Assembly: GCA_002633005.1 (NCBI GenBank)
Contig: NMRA01000189.1
Coordinates: 224,264-288,263 of the forward strand
Direction of reading: 5' to 3'
Length of the DNA stretch: 64,000 nt
Origin: Phoronis australis
Lineage: Eukaryota > Animalia > Phoronida
This document shows, piece after piece, positions 1 through 12,047 of the stretch (position 1 is the stretch's first letter; each line of letters starts with the position of its first letter). Made by a program: the position numbers and the translations under genes. The notes under the pieces were generated by a model, which searched no databases, was not told the origin of the DNA, and was given only the letters and a program-made list of their open reading frames with translations.

Positions 1-466
1 CAAACAATAGGAGGCGCTGGCAGTGGAATTCATTTCCCTGCTTTGAAAATAATGAAACTCGAGGTAGTAAGGGAATTTCTGTCTACCAAATTTGAGTTGG
101 TATCAAGCGGAAGTCACTTTTGTGCTCTCATTACTCTAGAGAGCATCAATATGAAGACCTCTATTTGACATGTTAAGTTTCAGTTCACTAGTACCATGAG
201 ACAAGTGTTGATGAAAGTAGTCCATTGGGTTTCCGTTACTCTTCGGAATGTGGTAAATAGTTGGCCTGCGAGTCAGGATACTGGACAAAAACCGCAGACC
301 AGACGCTAACATTGGATTAGGTTGATATTTGGATTTAGATTTGAAGAGCACTGTTTGGAGTTGGAAATTGAATGGGAAATTCTTGTAATGTGCTATGACT
401 GGGTTGTCTGTTTGTGACTCATTTACTTGGTAAGCCAACAATAGCATATTATCTTACATTGATCTG

Positions 467-711
467 AGGCCTGTTCCAAGTAACTGACTTAAGTTCATTT
501 TTGACTTAAGTTTAAGATTTGCCTTAAATTCCAAACTTTGAAACTTCCACATTCGGTAAGTTAGTCAAAATTAAGACAAAACTTATGTCACACAGTTAAG
601 TCGAAATTTAGATCTTTCTTGAATTGGTTTTGAGACAAACTTAACTTGTATTTTAAAATTTAGATTTTAAGATTAATGTCTTAGCTAAGTCTGTTTTGTT
701 GGAACGGGCCC
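467..711. mobile_element. PIF/Harbinger-like MITE
   Basis: TIRs AGGCCTGTTCCAA / TTGGAACGGGCCC with a CTG 3-bp target-site duplication (464-466, 712-714); AT-rich interior. Confidence 0.7.
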
Positions 712-1165
712 CTGGTCAGATTATCTCTCCGCGCTGTGATATCAGATGAAAAAAACACTTATCTTGTATTATTCAGCATCAAAAGCAATGCCAAGTGACC
801 ATTTATGATTTTCGGAGCTTTTTTGTTTCTCTTTCTCATAAATTGTTCCTTTAACGAAGTCTTTCTAAGCGCACTCTCTAATGACTTGTCAGTGTCCTCA
901 ACATGTTGTTAATGGCAGCTCTAGATGAGCCAACTCGTGGACGAGACGGTCCCACCACCTGGTGACTGGTTTATGACTCAAATTTGTATGCAAAATTAAA
1001 TTCTTTAGTTTGGAGCTGAAAAATTAATTATTTCGCTTATCGTCTGAGCTTGTACCAAATTTTAAGAATAGCCAATATTGGCTGTCCCATAGTCTAGAAT
1101 TTTGATCAACAACAAATGATCATTCATCTCGATGTTCTACACAATGGGGACACATGACAACGGAC

Positions 1166-1652
1166 CAGGCCTTTATGCAGCGTATGTCCTGGGCGTCTAA
1201 ATGGACGCCCTAGTACTAATATGGACGCCCTGGCAAGGATGCCCAATGTATCATTTGGATGCCCACTATCAATAGGAACCTTTCAAGTTTGGACACATAC
1301 AATTGTAATGATTACTCAGGAAGCCTATGAAGACTCACAGTGGTGGCTCTTTTTTCAAAGAAGAAATATACAATGTATATACAAAGTATATACAATGATG
1401 CTATGCTCACACTAGGTTCATAGCATGGTAAAAGTCTTGGTCTACACATTTTTTTAGTAAAAATGCTCACTACAGAAGGCTGTTTTGTAAACGTAGATGT
1501 AAAAATCTTGGTCTATGCGTTCTTTGTAAAAAAATCTGTGTGTTTGGGGGGGATTGCTGGGGGTGGGGGTTACGCGTCGGAATCATGGATGCCCTGGAAT
1601 ATTGGGAACGCATTTTGGACACCCTATTTTCGAAATCCTGGATAAAGGCCTG
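1166..1652 (+). mobile_element. hAT-like MITE family A, copy 1
   Basis: TIRs CAGGCCTTTATGCAG / CTGGATAAAGGCCTG; closely similar to the copies at 2137-2536 and 26061-26420. Confidence 0.8.
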
Positions 1653-2136
1653 CATTTACGGCCGTATCTATTTTTACTTATGAACTGCCTGCATGTCTAG
1701 TTTTAAATGTAGTGTCCACCGGATATTTGAGAAATATAACAAATACCAAAATCAGCCGTGTCTCAATCTTCAGAATCAAGAAAATTCAATTTTGGCGTTA
1801 AATTCTGTGTCCCAAGTTTTAGAAGCTGTCCCAAATTGAAGAATTTTTACCGTAATACCATTTGGTAGCTTGGGAAATACTGTTGCAAGTCATGTGGCAC
1901 TTTGAAACTCAGGATATGACGTTGAACTTGATTTCGTTCCACTTGTGAGTTTTTTGTACGCCATAAGGGTCGAGTAAATTTGAAACAATTAAAAGTGGTG
2001 AATGCTAATATATCATACATTCTAGATTCAGGCTATTCAGAATCCATAAGGGGTAATAAAACAGTGAACTTCTTAGCCAGGACTATAAAATCTATGTCAG
2101 GGTGTGTTTAGTTACAAAGTTCATCTGGGACAGCTG

Positions 2137-2536
2137 CAGGCCTTTATCCAGGATTTCGAAAATAGGGTGTCCACAATGGGGTTCCCAATATTCCAGGGCG
2201 TCCATGATTCCGACGCGTAACCCCCACACCCCCAGCAATCCCCCCTAAGCACACAGATTTTTTTTTACAAAACATGCATAGACCAAGGTTTTTACATCTA
2301 AGTTTACAAAACAGCCTTCTGTAGTGAGCATTTTTACTAAAAAAACTGTAGACCAGGACTTTTACAATGCCATCAACCAAGTGTGAGCATATCAACTACT
2401 TTGTATATACATTGTATATACTTTGTATATGCATTGTATATTTCTTCCTGCTTTGAAAAAAGAGTCCCCACTGTGAGCCTTCAGAGGCTTCCTAGTATTC
2501 ATTACAATGTGTGAGTCCAAACATGAAAGGTTCCTT
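2137..2536 (-). mobile_element. hAT-like MITE family A, copy 2 (inverted, truncated)
   Basis: Reverse complement of most of 1270-1652; one TIR present. Confidence 0.8.
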
Positions 2537-3318
2537 GTGTTAGCTTGCAGTGCATACCTAAACCTTCAGGCGATCGTTTTTGTCATTCTTTCACAACATC
2601 TAAATTTTTATCTCTCGTGAGAACTAGCGAATATCTCGCTGCTAAAATTCGTTCACCATCCTCTCAAACGTCACAATTTACTATCCAGTCTGTAATGCAC
2701 TTGACAATGTACTGTTTTGTATATGTTATACTTTGGACCTATGACCGTATGTATATTCAATAAAGAAACTGTTCAGGGAATTTTTTCTTGCATTCCGTAT
2801 TCCCTCCAGTTGCCACACAACTATCAACTGGATGTGTGTGACTAGAGCACTACCTATTGGTGGCTAGTGAATGTATTTGCTGTTTATACTTGGAGTAAGA
2901 GTGGTTGGTGCAGACAAGACAATTACTGCTTGCCACTTATCAAGTGACCTAACTATCAGGAGATAGCATTGTTTATTTGGAAGAAGTGTACTACTGATTT
3001 TAGCTCCTATGTTAAACTCACCTTTCCTAATGCCAGACAGTGAAGTATGAATGTCACCAATGTCTGTTTATACGTCTTGTTGAGAGGGAATGTGTCTTTG
3101 CCCTGAGAGGTTACTCGGTACTTTCGGCCAAGAAATGTCAAATGTTCCTCCTGCTTCATGGCTATAACTATCAGACGATTTTCTACTCAGATTTTGAGAA
3201 CCAGTTTGATGCCTGTTGTGTAGTAGAGAAAACTGGTTCTCAAAATGCGGATCTATCTGTAAGAGACTAATTAATTACTACTTTGTGAATCCTTTATAAC
3301 TAAATCTGTCCATTTCAG

Positions 3319-3474
3319 CAGAGCCATGAGCTCTACGGGCATTGTGCAGTACACTAATGGTCCAGCTAACCCAGGTCTGAAGGCTGACGGCAGCCCGCCC
3401 CGCGCTCCACCGCAACAGAACCAACAGGAGAAACGACCTGGACAGTCAGCAGCGCCGCCTGGTAGTCTTTCTAG
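3319..3474 (+). CDS. Syn: Synapsin penultimate coding exon (Pro/Gln-rich region)
   Basis: tttcag acceptor (tandem CAGCAG), AG|gtaatc donor, 156 nt open frame, phase-compatible with the terminal exon. Confidence 0.8.
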
Positions 3475-5344
3475 GTAATCATGTCGGACTTGTTGTTCAA
3501 GTATCAAATTGACTCAGTCATCATTTTACTGCTCATAAGGTTATGTAGAACCTTATCTGCAATTCTGCATATTTAGCCATAATGTCAACAAACATTACGG
3601 AGTTTCTCATTGATCCCAGCATGTTCGATTCTATAGCTCAGCAACAAGTTGGGAAGATGACCCTATAGCCGATTCGTATACGACTGATTAACTCCATTCT
3701 GGCATTTATGGTTGGTCAGGCCCAGCTCTCTTTTGTTCGACGATTGCTCTAATCTCCAGTAAGGTGGTTTTTGATTGGTCTGTGCTGTTAAAAATTAAAA
3801 TTAAGGTATAACATATTTGGTCATAAACCAATATCATTTCTGAATTCCTTGCCAAATGCTGATCATGTTTAGTTTTTGAATCGCTAAAATCGCCGGACTA
3901 CAATCGAAGTTACGACAATCTATTCCTTCCAAACTTACCAATTCGTTCTGGGTTTGATTGTGTTCATATGTGGTCTGCAATAAGCCTGGTAGATAATTGG
4001 CTTGCCTGTTGTCATATCAGACAAAAGACTGTGCTTGGCAGTTAACAAGGGAGCCAGATGTTATCTAGGTCTGGTAAAGTCACTGAAGGGAGAGCACCGT
4101 AATGAAAATATAGATTTTAACTGTGAAAAAGTACATATTAGTAGAAAGCCTGAAGAATTTGATTTTTAACTTGTCTTTTCAATAAAACTTGGCAAAAAGA
4201 AAAGTATATTCATCCAAAACAAGAGGTTAATTTTAGAAAACTGTAACAGCGTTTTTAAGATTTTATATGAAGCATTTATATCTTATGAAATTGGGTCTTG
4301 TCATTGACCCTGTTGTTTTGCTGTAAGTTTGATTTTGCTAAATTTTCAAAAAATGCATAGTCACGTCACTTGATTAATGCTAGACTGATATTGAGTGGAA
4401 AAAACAAATTCTGTGGAATTTCTACTCTCCGAAAATATATCATTTTGCTGGAATTGAATTCTACAGTTTGTAGATATTTTTCTTAATATTGACCAGGTCC
4501 TGTTATTAATTTTCTGTATTTTGAAACGTATGATTCACTAGCAAATGTCACATTAGAATTGATTGGTCATCCAGATAGGCCAGTACTACCTGGTCTAAAT
4601 TGTAGCCACCTGGACCAAACTGAGCCAGTATCACTGGGACCAAACTGCATGTGGCCAGTACCACATGAACCAAACTGTGGCCAGTACCGCCTGGACCAAA
4701 ATGTTTCCAATACCACCTGTTCCAAACTGTGCTGAGTACCACCTGAACCAAACTGTCACCTGGACCAAACATATACACCCTTAATTCACTGAACCACTTA
4801 AGCGGGTATCCATTTGCAACTTACGTCTCAGAATTGCCAACGACACGTCAGTCCACGTCTACATCAACTTGAAGATTAGGCTTTCGAACAAGCCAATCTG
4901 AAATGTTAACTTGATACGTTAATTACCCAGCTGAACATTATATTGTTTCCTGAACTGAAGACTTTTTGCTATAAACCTTCTAGGACTTGTGTCAGTGCGT
5001 GTCGACTCATTTTTGGAAGTCATAACATTTATTATAACGTTCATTATGTTGTAACTTGGTTATACCGAGACTTTGACATCTGCATATTCATGAATTACTG
5101 AAACGTTAGACATGCATCTATATATTCATGCATTACATTCATAATTGTTGCTCTTATTCCACTTGTCTTTTTCAGCCCTCGTGCCCCTATGCCGGTACCC
5201 AATCAGACGCGGGTGCCCCCAGCCCAGCCTGGTCAGCCCCCCACCCAGGCGCAGATAGACGCCATCGCCCGCGACCTGGAGGAGGGCGACGACACTATGC
5301 ATAACTTGAGGAAGACATTTGCTGGAATATTTGGTGATATGTAG
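3319..5344 (+). CDS. Syn: Synapsin, 3' end (last two coding exons: join 3319..3474, 5176..5344); 5' part lies upstream of the window
   Basis: Both exons have AG/GT boundaries and matching phase 2. Translation is Pro/Gln-rich, ...RAMSSTGIVQYTNGPANPG...PPGSLS|SPRAPMPVPNQTRVPPAQPGQPPTQAQIDAIARDLEEGDDTMHNLRKTFAGIFGDM*. The C-terminus is the invertebrate synapsin domain E signature. Confidence 0.93.
3795..4105 (+). repeat. Dispersed repeat (second copy at about 29875-30230)
   Basis: Shared sequence ttaag(g/t)tataacatattt...aaaccaata..atttctgaattcct...gagccagatgttatc. Confidence 0.6.
4578..4770. repeat. Minisatellite, about 27-bp unit (ccagtaccacctggaccaaactgtgg-like), about 7 diverged copies
   Basis: Directly visible tandem units in the last synapsin intron. 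Confidence 0.75.
5176..5344 (+). CDS. Syn: Synapsin terminal coding exon (domain E)
   Basis: tctttttcag acceptor; encodes ...EEGDDTMHNLRKTFAGIFGDM then TAG at 5342-5344. Confidence 0.95.
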
Positions 5345-8300
5345 TGTGACCTGCTGATAAATGAACAAATGACAATTCACTAGGTGGCGCTAATGAGGTT
5401 GATTTCTTGAGAGAACAGAAATGTGGGAGGCGTTGCGAAACACAAAACACTCGGTTATCTCATGGAACGGAAATAGCAAGTTTACTCCATTCCAGCCTTG
5501 CTGTTCTCTCAGGCATCCATTTTTCTGGTCTTTGCACTCGTAATGTCTTGGGCTTTCTTAGGAAATCTCAGTTCACTCCCGTGACTTTTCATGGTCTTGC
5601 GCGATCTCCCTAAGCTTGTTCTACACAGTTCTCCTTTCGGCTACTTGGGGGCATTAGTGGGTGTAATGGCCATGCGTCTAACAGGAACACGGGCATTTAT
5701 ACGCTTAACTGAATTCACGCATTTGTACAGATGTTATTTCAGTACAGCTACATCGTGAATTTTGAGCTTCTCATCTTATGAACTAGAAAGGTTGGCTTTG
5801 TCTAACATACTTGTTAATAACACCTATTTTCATGTGGCCTTCTGTCATCTAGCTTATGAAGTGGATAACAATGTTAAACATCAACAGAGTTGGTATCAAG
5901 TCTTAACAATGACTGGGTTGTGATTAACGGAGCCACTTCAGCAGTATAAAGTTCTCCTTTAAGAATTGTAAATTTAGTTTATGAGCTGATAGACTGTCTG
6001 ATTGTGGTTCTAACCAGAGTGGCTTTGTAGACTTTGCCTAGATCACAAGTGTTGGATGGGCGATGGGGTCAGTGGTCTGGCAGTAGGGTCAGTGGTCTGG
6101 CAATAGGGTCAGTTGCTTCCTTTGGTTTCCAAATTTGTATTCATTGTAAATTGGAAAGATGAAGATGTTGACATATTATGGCAATTGTTCACCAAGTTAG
6201 CACATGATACGCGGGAAATAAACATTTAGAAAATTTTAGTGTGTCTATTACCTTGGTTTGTACTCAGTGCCAATGTCATGGAACACCACTTGGCAAATAC
6301 CCGTGGGTCACTCATATTGACAAGGTGTGTCAAAAAATTGTTAAAAGACCCCTTACTGCTATAATTCCCCCCCCCCCTTTTACAGGGTATTTTTTTCTGC
6401 CTCACCTTTTGCACAGCTGAGGCTAATGCAGTAGGCTTTCTACAGTGACTAAATGGAACTTAAAGGGCCTAATTTTATTGGATCCCATGCGGATCCTGCA
6501 AAACTTGCTGAAAAAGTACTGCCTACCTGCAATTTTTGGTACACGCTTCGGGCACCATGTCAATATGTGTTATCCTGCGGGGGCAAATATTTCATTATTC
6601 AAACAATGATGATCTTTTGAAAACGAAAAGTTCAGCGAATATTTTTGTGTGAAATAAGTGAATAATTACCGTGCTTTGTGTCAATGTTTTGAAAAATTTT
6701 GTCCTGAGGAATTAAACACATTAGAATAGGGTATAGTATTGTATGGTTTGAGGTAAGATTGCTGTGTTTAATTTAAAAGATGAATAAAATTTCCCAAAAT
6801 CTAACTATAAGTGCATACTTATTAATACTTCAGTGCAATATTTGTAAATATAGTTATAGAATTTTTTACTTTATTTTTTTTTTTTAATTTTTGCTTTTTA
6901 AGTAATGTACGATTTTTTTTTGTTGATTTGCTGAAGCAGTTCTGGTTCTATTTTATCAGAGCCTATAAATAGTAATTTATTTTGTACGTTTATAAGTCTG
7001 TATATTTATTTTGTAAATAAGAGGTGTTATCTATTATTATTATTATTCTTAAATTATGCAAGGTGTTGTTGATCAATACTCAAGTGTGTCACACGGGAGG
7101 GCGCTACTGAGAAATCTGGCTGACTTTGACACTGTGCCAAGAATTTCCATAAATGCATCCTAGATTGTCTTACAAAGGATATGTTAATTCAACTCCAGAT
7201 ACAAGCCAAAGAAGTGGGGGGTTGATATGTTCCAACCTAGTGTAACCTGTAAGCTGCCTGAGCAACACAGTGGGGAGACTTGAATTGTGTGCACCACCCT
7301 TTATCAGAGTGATCTTAAAATTACCCCCAACGAATGTAGTGAAATGGGACAGTGCCTCCTGTTGTACCTTGGAGAAGTGTGAAAAGATGGTATATAGAGG
7401 CTATTACACAAAATTTGAACACAATGTCAAGTTGTACAGAAATTCAAGGATGTATTTCACTCAACAAAATTTGAAACTGATTCATGTTCTCGCCGTTATC
7501 GTCCTCATTTACATAATTTATGCAGCTACTTGTTTCAGTCTGATTAGTTCACACGAGGTCTTGTGTCAGTTTTACAAGGCAAGTTGTGTAATATTAAAGC
7601 CTGTTGAGCTCTGCAGTGAAAATTTTCATAGAAAACTGAATGTTGTCACATTGCTACTTACATTAGCGTGTAATGTTAACTACGTCATGTAGCTGTTGCG
7701 TTCATTTTTGGAATCGAGTTGTAAAGCTGTAAATTTCAGTTGTGGAAATATTGACCATTATAAGTATGGTTAGTTTTGTGATACAAGTTATGGAATGTGC
7801 AAAATGTCTTGCTATTTAGTCGTTTATTTGTGTGATGAACAAAATGGTGCAATTCTCACCTAGATTTGTGAAATAGAACTGTTTATTCGAAACTGAGTCT
7901 TCTTTAAATTTGTAGAAAGCAAAGAAACAACCGTCAGTCACAGATATGTGAAATGTTTATTTGTTGCCATTTAGTTTCTGTTCCATTCAGAACACATCCA
8001 GTATTTTCTTAACCTTGAATTACACCTTGAAGGCAAACGTTCTTCACATGAATGGGCTTCAGTCATAGAGTGACATTCACCCCCAAGCAGAAATTTGAGG
8101 TTAGGAAAATATCAAATGATTTATGTCCATGTCAGTCATGAGGTAGGGAGAGTATACACTTTTCTTGCCTATACAATGGACGTGTTGTGTATGAACTGAC
8201 TTTGTTGTTGTTACACTGGCTGATCCTCTTCTGTCTATCATACTGTGATTATGACAAAAACTTAATAGGATATTTATACCAACTTAAATCAAATCTTGTG

Positions 8301-10776
8301 AACTCACCAATGCTCACCACTCCTCAGAAGGTACAAGTTTACAAAATCTGCTAGATCGACAAGCGTTACTAAATATTTTGGGTCAGTTCATGGATGACCG
8401 TGGGAATGTGCATGCCTTTCGAACCATCGAACCCATTTTGTGACACAACAACGACAGTTTTAGCTGAACAGTGCTGCCATCTTTCCAGAAAAGTACTAAT
8501 TTTACAATATGTAGACAGTGGTAACAGTTTTGGCTTTAGTATCCTTTTAAGGGACTTCCACTGGGAAATACTTTAACGTCTAGTTAGACAACAGCCACTC
8601 GAATAACTAGCCTGTTGACAAGCACATCAGGCTGTTGTGAAACCAGTCAACATTGACAATACTTTCTTTAACAAGTCTTGCAACAGTGCAGAGAAGTGAA
8701 TACTCACTTTCTCATATAGTAGCGCATGGGAGAACATTTTTTTTAAAGTGGGCAACTCGTGTAGTTATTGCAGCTGAATTTGTACAAAGTGTGCCACTGT
8801 CTTTGTAATCTGTGGGCTTGCTTGTTGGTGGCTGAATTATTGCATGCAAGTTGCCTTTGCTGTATTAAGCCATGTTCGTCAAGAGTGGTGTCCAGGCAGG
8901 CTGTGGTCTATCCAGGAGCACTGATTTGTAGAGGCATAGCAGTATCATCCACACAATCTACTGAGAAATGTTTTCACTACCAATTAAAAGTGCTAATGAT
9001 GAAACTGACATTTTGATCATGAGTAGCAGTGCCGACTTGAACTGAACTGTACAGAAATGTGGCTGACATTCTTCCAAATCACTTGTCTCAGTTATGTCCT
9101 GTGAAAATGTATCGTGTGTAACTTGCACGACTTCGAATTGTTGGATGACCACACCACCGTCAAGTTGTACCTGCAGCAACTATGGTGGGCTGTTTGGACA
9201 CAGTTTCTATGTTTTTTCTTCAAAATTCCAACTTTTCTAATTCTTTTGTCGCTGTTGGAAGTGATTCTTTCAAAGTAAAATTATTAAAACCTCTTCACTG
9301 TAATACGAGTTTTGTTTTCTACAAAGCGCTTTGTCAGTTCAGTTTAGATCATTCTACTTTTATTTTAAAGTAACAATAAACCTGTGTTGCATCGAAGAAA
9401 TTAAGTTTTGATTCAGAACACTTCCTATTACAGAATTGATCTCAACTTGTTACTTACTGAGATGAAAACTGATTCTTGGTCTTGCAAAGAATCAACAATT
9501 CCTTGTTCTATGCTCGGCAAATAAAACAACACGCTGTTGAGTGTTGCTACAACTTCGAAGGCCTCTCTTAGTGAGTGGTGTGAAGAGCAGCTTCAACTCC
9601 TCGGCAACTACTACATGTTGACAGTCGTTTATGCCAAAACTGTTTTGTTGCAATACATATTAGTAGAAAGGTCTTCTCTTGAAATAAACAGAGAAATTCT
9701 ATGCGCTGACATTTTTATGCAAACACTGGAGACCTAGAATAAACAACTTGGTTCAATAAGAACTTAAATGGACATACACTACTTGACTGCAACTCGTGCG
9801 ACAATGTCGATAGAGTGCTCTTACAACTTGGCTAGTTTTTAACTGGCAGATCAAATGCAAAAACAAGAATGCTTAATGATGCAATTTGCCAAAAACATTT
9901 GAAACTAGTGACCCACCACACAACTACTAGACAATTACACGGTTACAGGCACAGATCTGTAATCACCATCTGGACGCAAATCTGTGTAGCCTAAGATGTC
10001 TTTTAATTTAAGGTTATGTGGGACCTTGTAGTTAGTCTAAGAACACTTCCAAAACTAGATTTTTCACTAGTTAAAGAGTGTATTTTCTGAAAGTAGAAAG
10101 CCTGTAGAATTTTGCAATTTACTTTTAATATACCAATCCAACCTTAACTGGGTCACATGACCATATCTTTTTAGTAAAATTTAATCAAGAAGAGAGGTAC
10201 ATTCCTTGCAAAACCACCGTTTAGATTACACGACCAAATTTTGTTTGATATTGATCTTCCAAGATAAAATCTCGGGTGCAGTTAGTTACCTAAATTATTA
10301 TTTCTTTTCATTTTATGCAACTTTTGAATTTTGTTCCCTCTTTGATAGCCCCTCATGCAAAAGTGAAACATTTTAAAAACAATTGCCAACATGTCTGACA
10401 ACAGTGCACAAGCACAGTACAAGATAGTTTGATGTGAATCCTATCCGCCATTTCTGAGATATGACATTCCAAAAGCTGACCAAATTTTTAACATTTTTAT
10501 AGGATTCAACATAAACCTAAAGGAAGTTTGATTGAACAAAAAGACACAGGATAATTTTCAAATTTCAATTGACATTCCAGTCAAACAAAACATAGTTGCA
10601 AGGAAAAGACTACTAGGAATCTTTCTAAAACGAGTTTTGTTTTTCGCATATGACACTTTTTCAAAAATCCAACACAGGGCAATGAAGAACAAAGTTTGTA
10701 AGTAACAATTTGATGTGCATTCGCAAAGCAAAGAAACTGAAAACTGACCGCAGCCAATTGTTCGGTTAAGCCATGA

Positions 10777-10782
10777 TTTATT
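10777..10782 (-). terminator. Candidate polyadenylation signal (AATAAA) of Rab GDI
   Basis: AATAAA on the minus strand about 1.08 kb after the stop codon, at the end of a U-rich UTR-like tract. Confidence 0.4.
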
Positions 10783-11860
10783 ATTTAGCTACAACAGTAT
10801 GGTTGATACATACACAAAATAACAGTATGATACAAATTAAACAAAAATGCAGAGTTTTAATTCTAATACAATAAATATCCAATTACTGAAGCAAAAACTG
10901 AACTTGTTTACAAGACCATGGCTAATCTAATAGGATTTTCCAGTTCTAAATAGGTCCACTTTTACTTTGTGACAACACTCGGCAACAGTATATTATAAAA
11001 TTATTTTTTTTCATGTTTACCTTTTTGTTAATACTTTGCACCACATACAACAAGCACTGAGAGACACATCTAATTACACAGTACATGGTAATTCCATTAA
11101 GGATCACGTTTTGATCAGAAAACGCAATAATAAAACCAGCAATTGCACCCTGGATACTTTTGCAGAGGAGTTACATACATGGCATGAGTGAGACGTGTTA
11201 ATTACAACTGCACAACATTAAACTGTATATCTAATGGGAAACGAGCTACAACAAGCCAACAAACAAGTCCAGGCCAACGGTGATGGTCAAAGAAATAGAC
11301 AAAAAAAAACAAGGAAATTCTATGTCTTGGGTATTCTAAGTCTTACTGACATTCCAGTGAGATAAGATGGCAATGACATTAAACTGACATAAACGCGTAA
11401 TACTTTTAGGGATTTCCTTGCAAACTATTTGGCAGGTAAAATCAGAATTTTAGTTCGCAATCCCGCTTCATTTTGATGAAAAAAGTATACTCTAGTTTTG
11501 ATCTAATGTATCCCACTACTCACACAAAATCCGGATGAAGTCAAAAAAAGTTTACAAGCCCGTAAAAAATAAAAAAATTACCTGATCAAATTGCGGAATG
11601 CAAAAATTGACGGCGAATGAATTTCAAGGAACCACGGCCTAAAGGTTTTGTCAGAAAGAACAGAATGGAAAAGACAGCAGAATTGTTTGGAGCTAAAATA
11701 TTCTGTTGGTATTCCATCCCCACCAGACCATTTGTACCAGCGACATGGAAACTCTGAACAATAGCTCACAAGTGACACGGGCTGATTTACGATATCACAC
11801 AGCAGAGATAATCCATACACATTTGTATGTCCATGGATATGAGAAATAAAGTTACGTCCA

Positions 11861-12047
11861 TTAATCTTCGCCCTCCTGTCGTTCTTTAGGGGGGACATAG
11901 TCACCTCCAAAAGCTCGGCTAAACATGTCGACCACGTCGTCGCAGGTTGTCTCAAAGTGAGTGGTGGCATCGTACGACTTGGAAATAAATACACCGCTCT
12001 CTAATCCGTCATCGGTTGGCTCGTAGACATCAGAGACTACGATGTGT
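11861..12047 (-). CDS. GDI: Rab GDI exon 10 (terminal)
   Basis: [61 protein letters not shown]. Confidence 0.95.

Noticed and set aside
1221-2395. Repeated small ORFs ending TPYFRNPG (also 26068..26508) as a gene family
   Set aside because: They are chance frames within copies of the same non-coding MITE.
1-3318. TIMP gene nested in a synapsin intron (known conserved arrangement)
   Set aside because: No TIMP-like Cys pattern was found on either strand; the usual host intron would lie upstream of this window.
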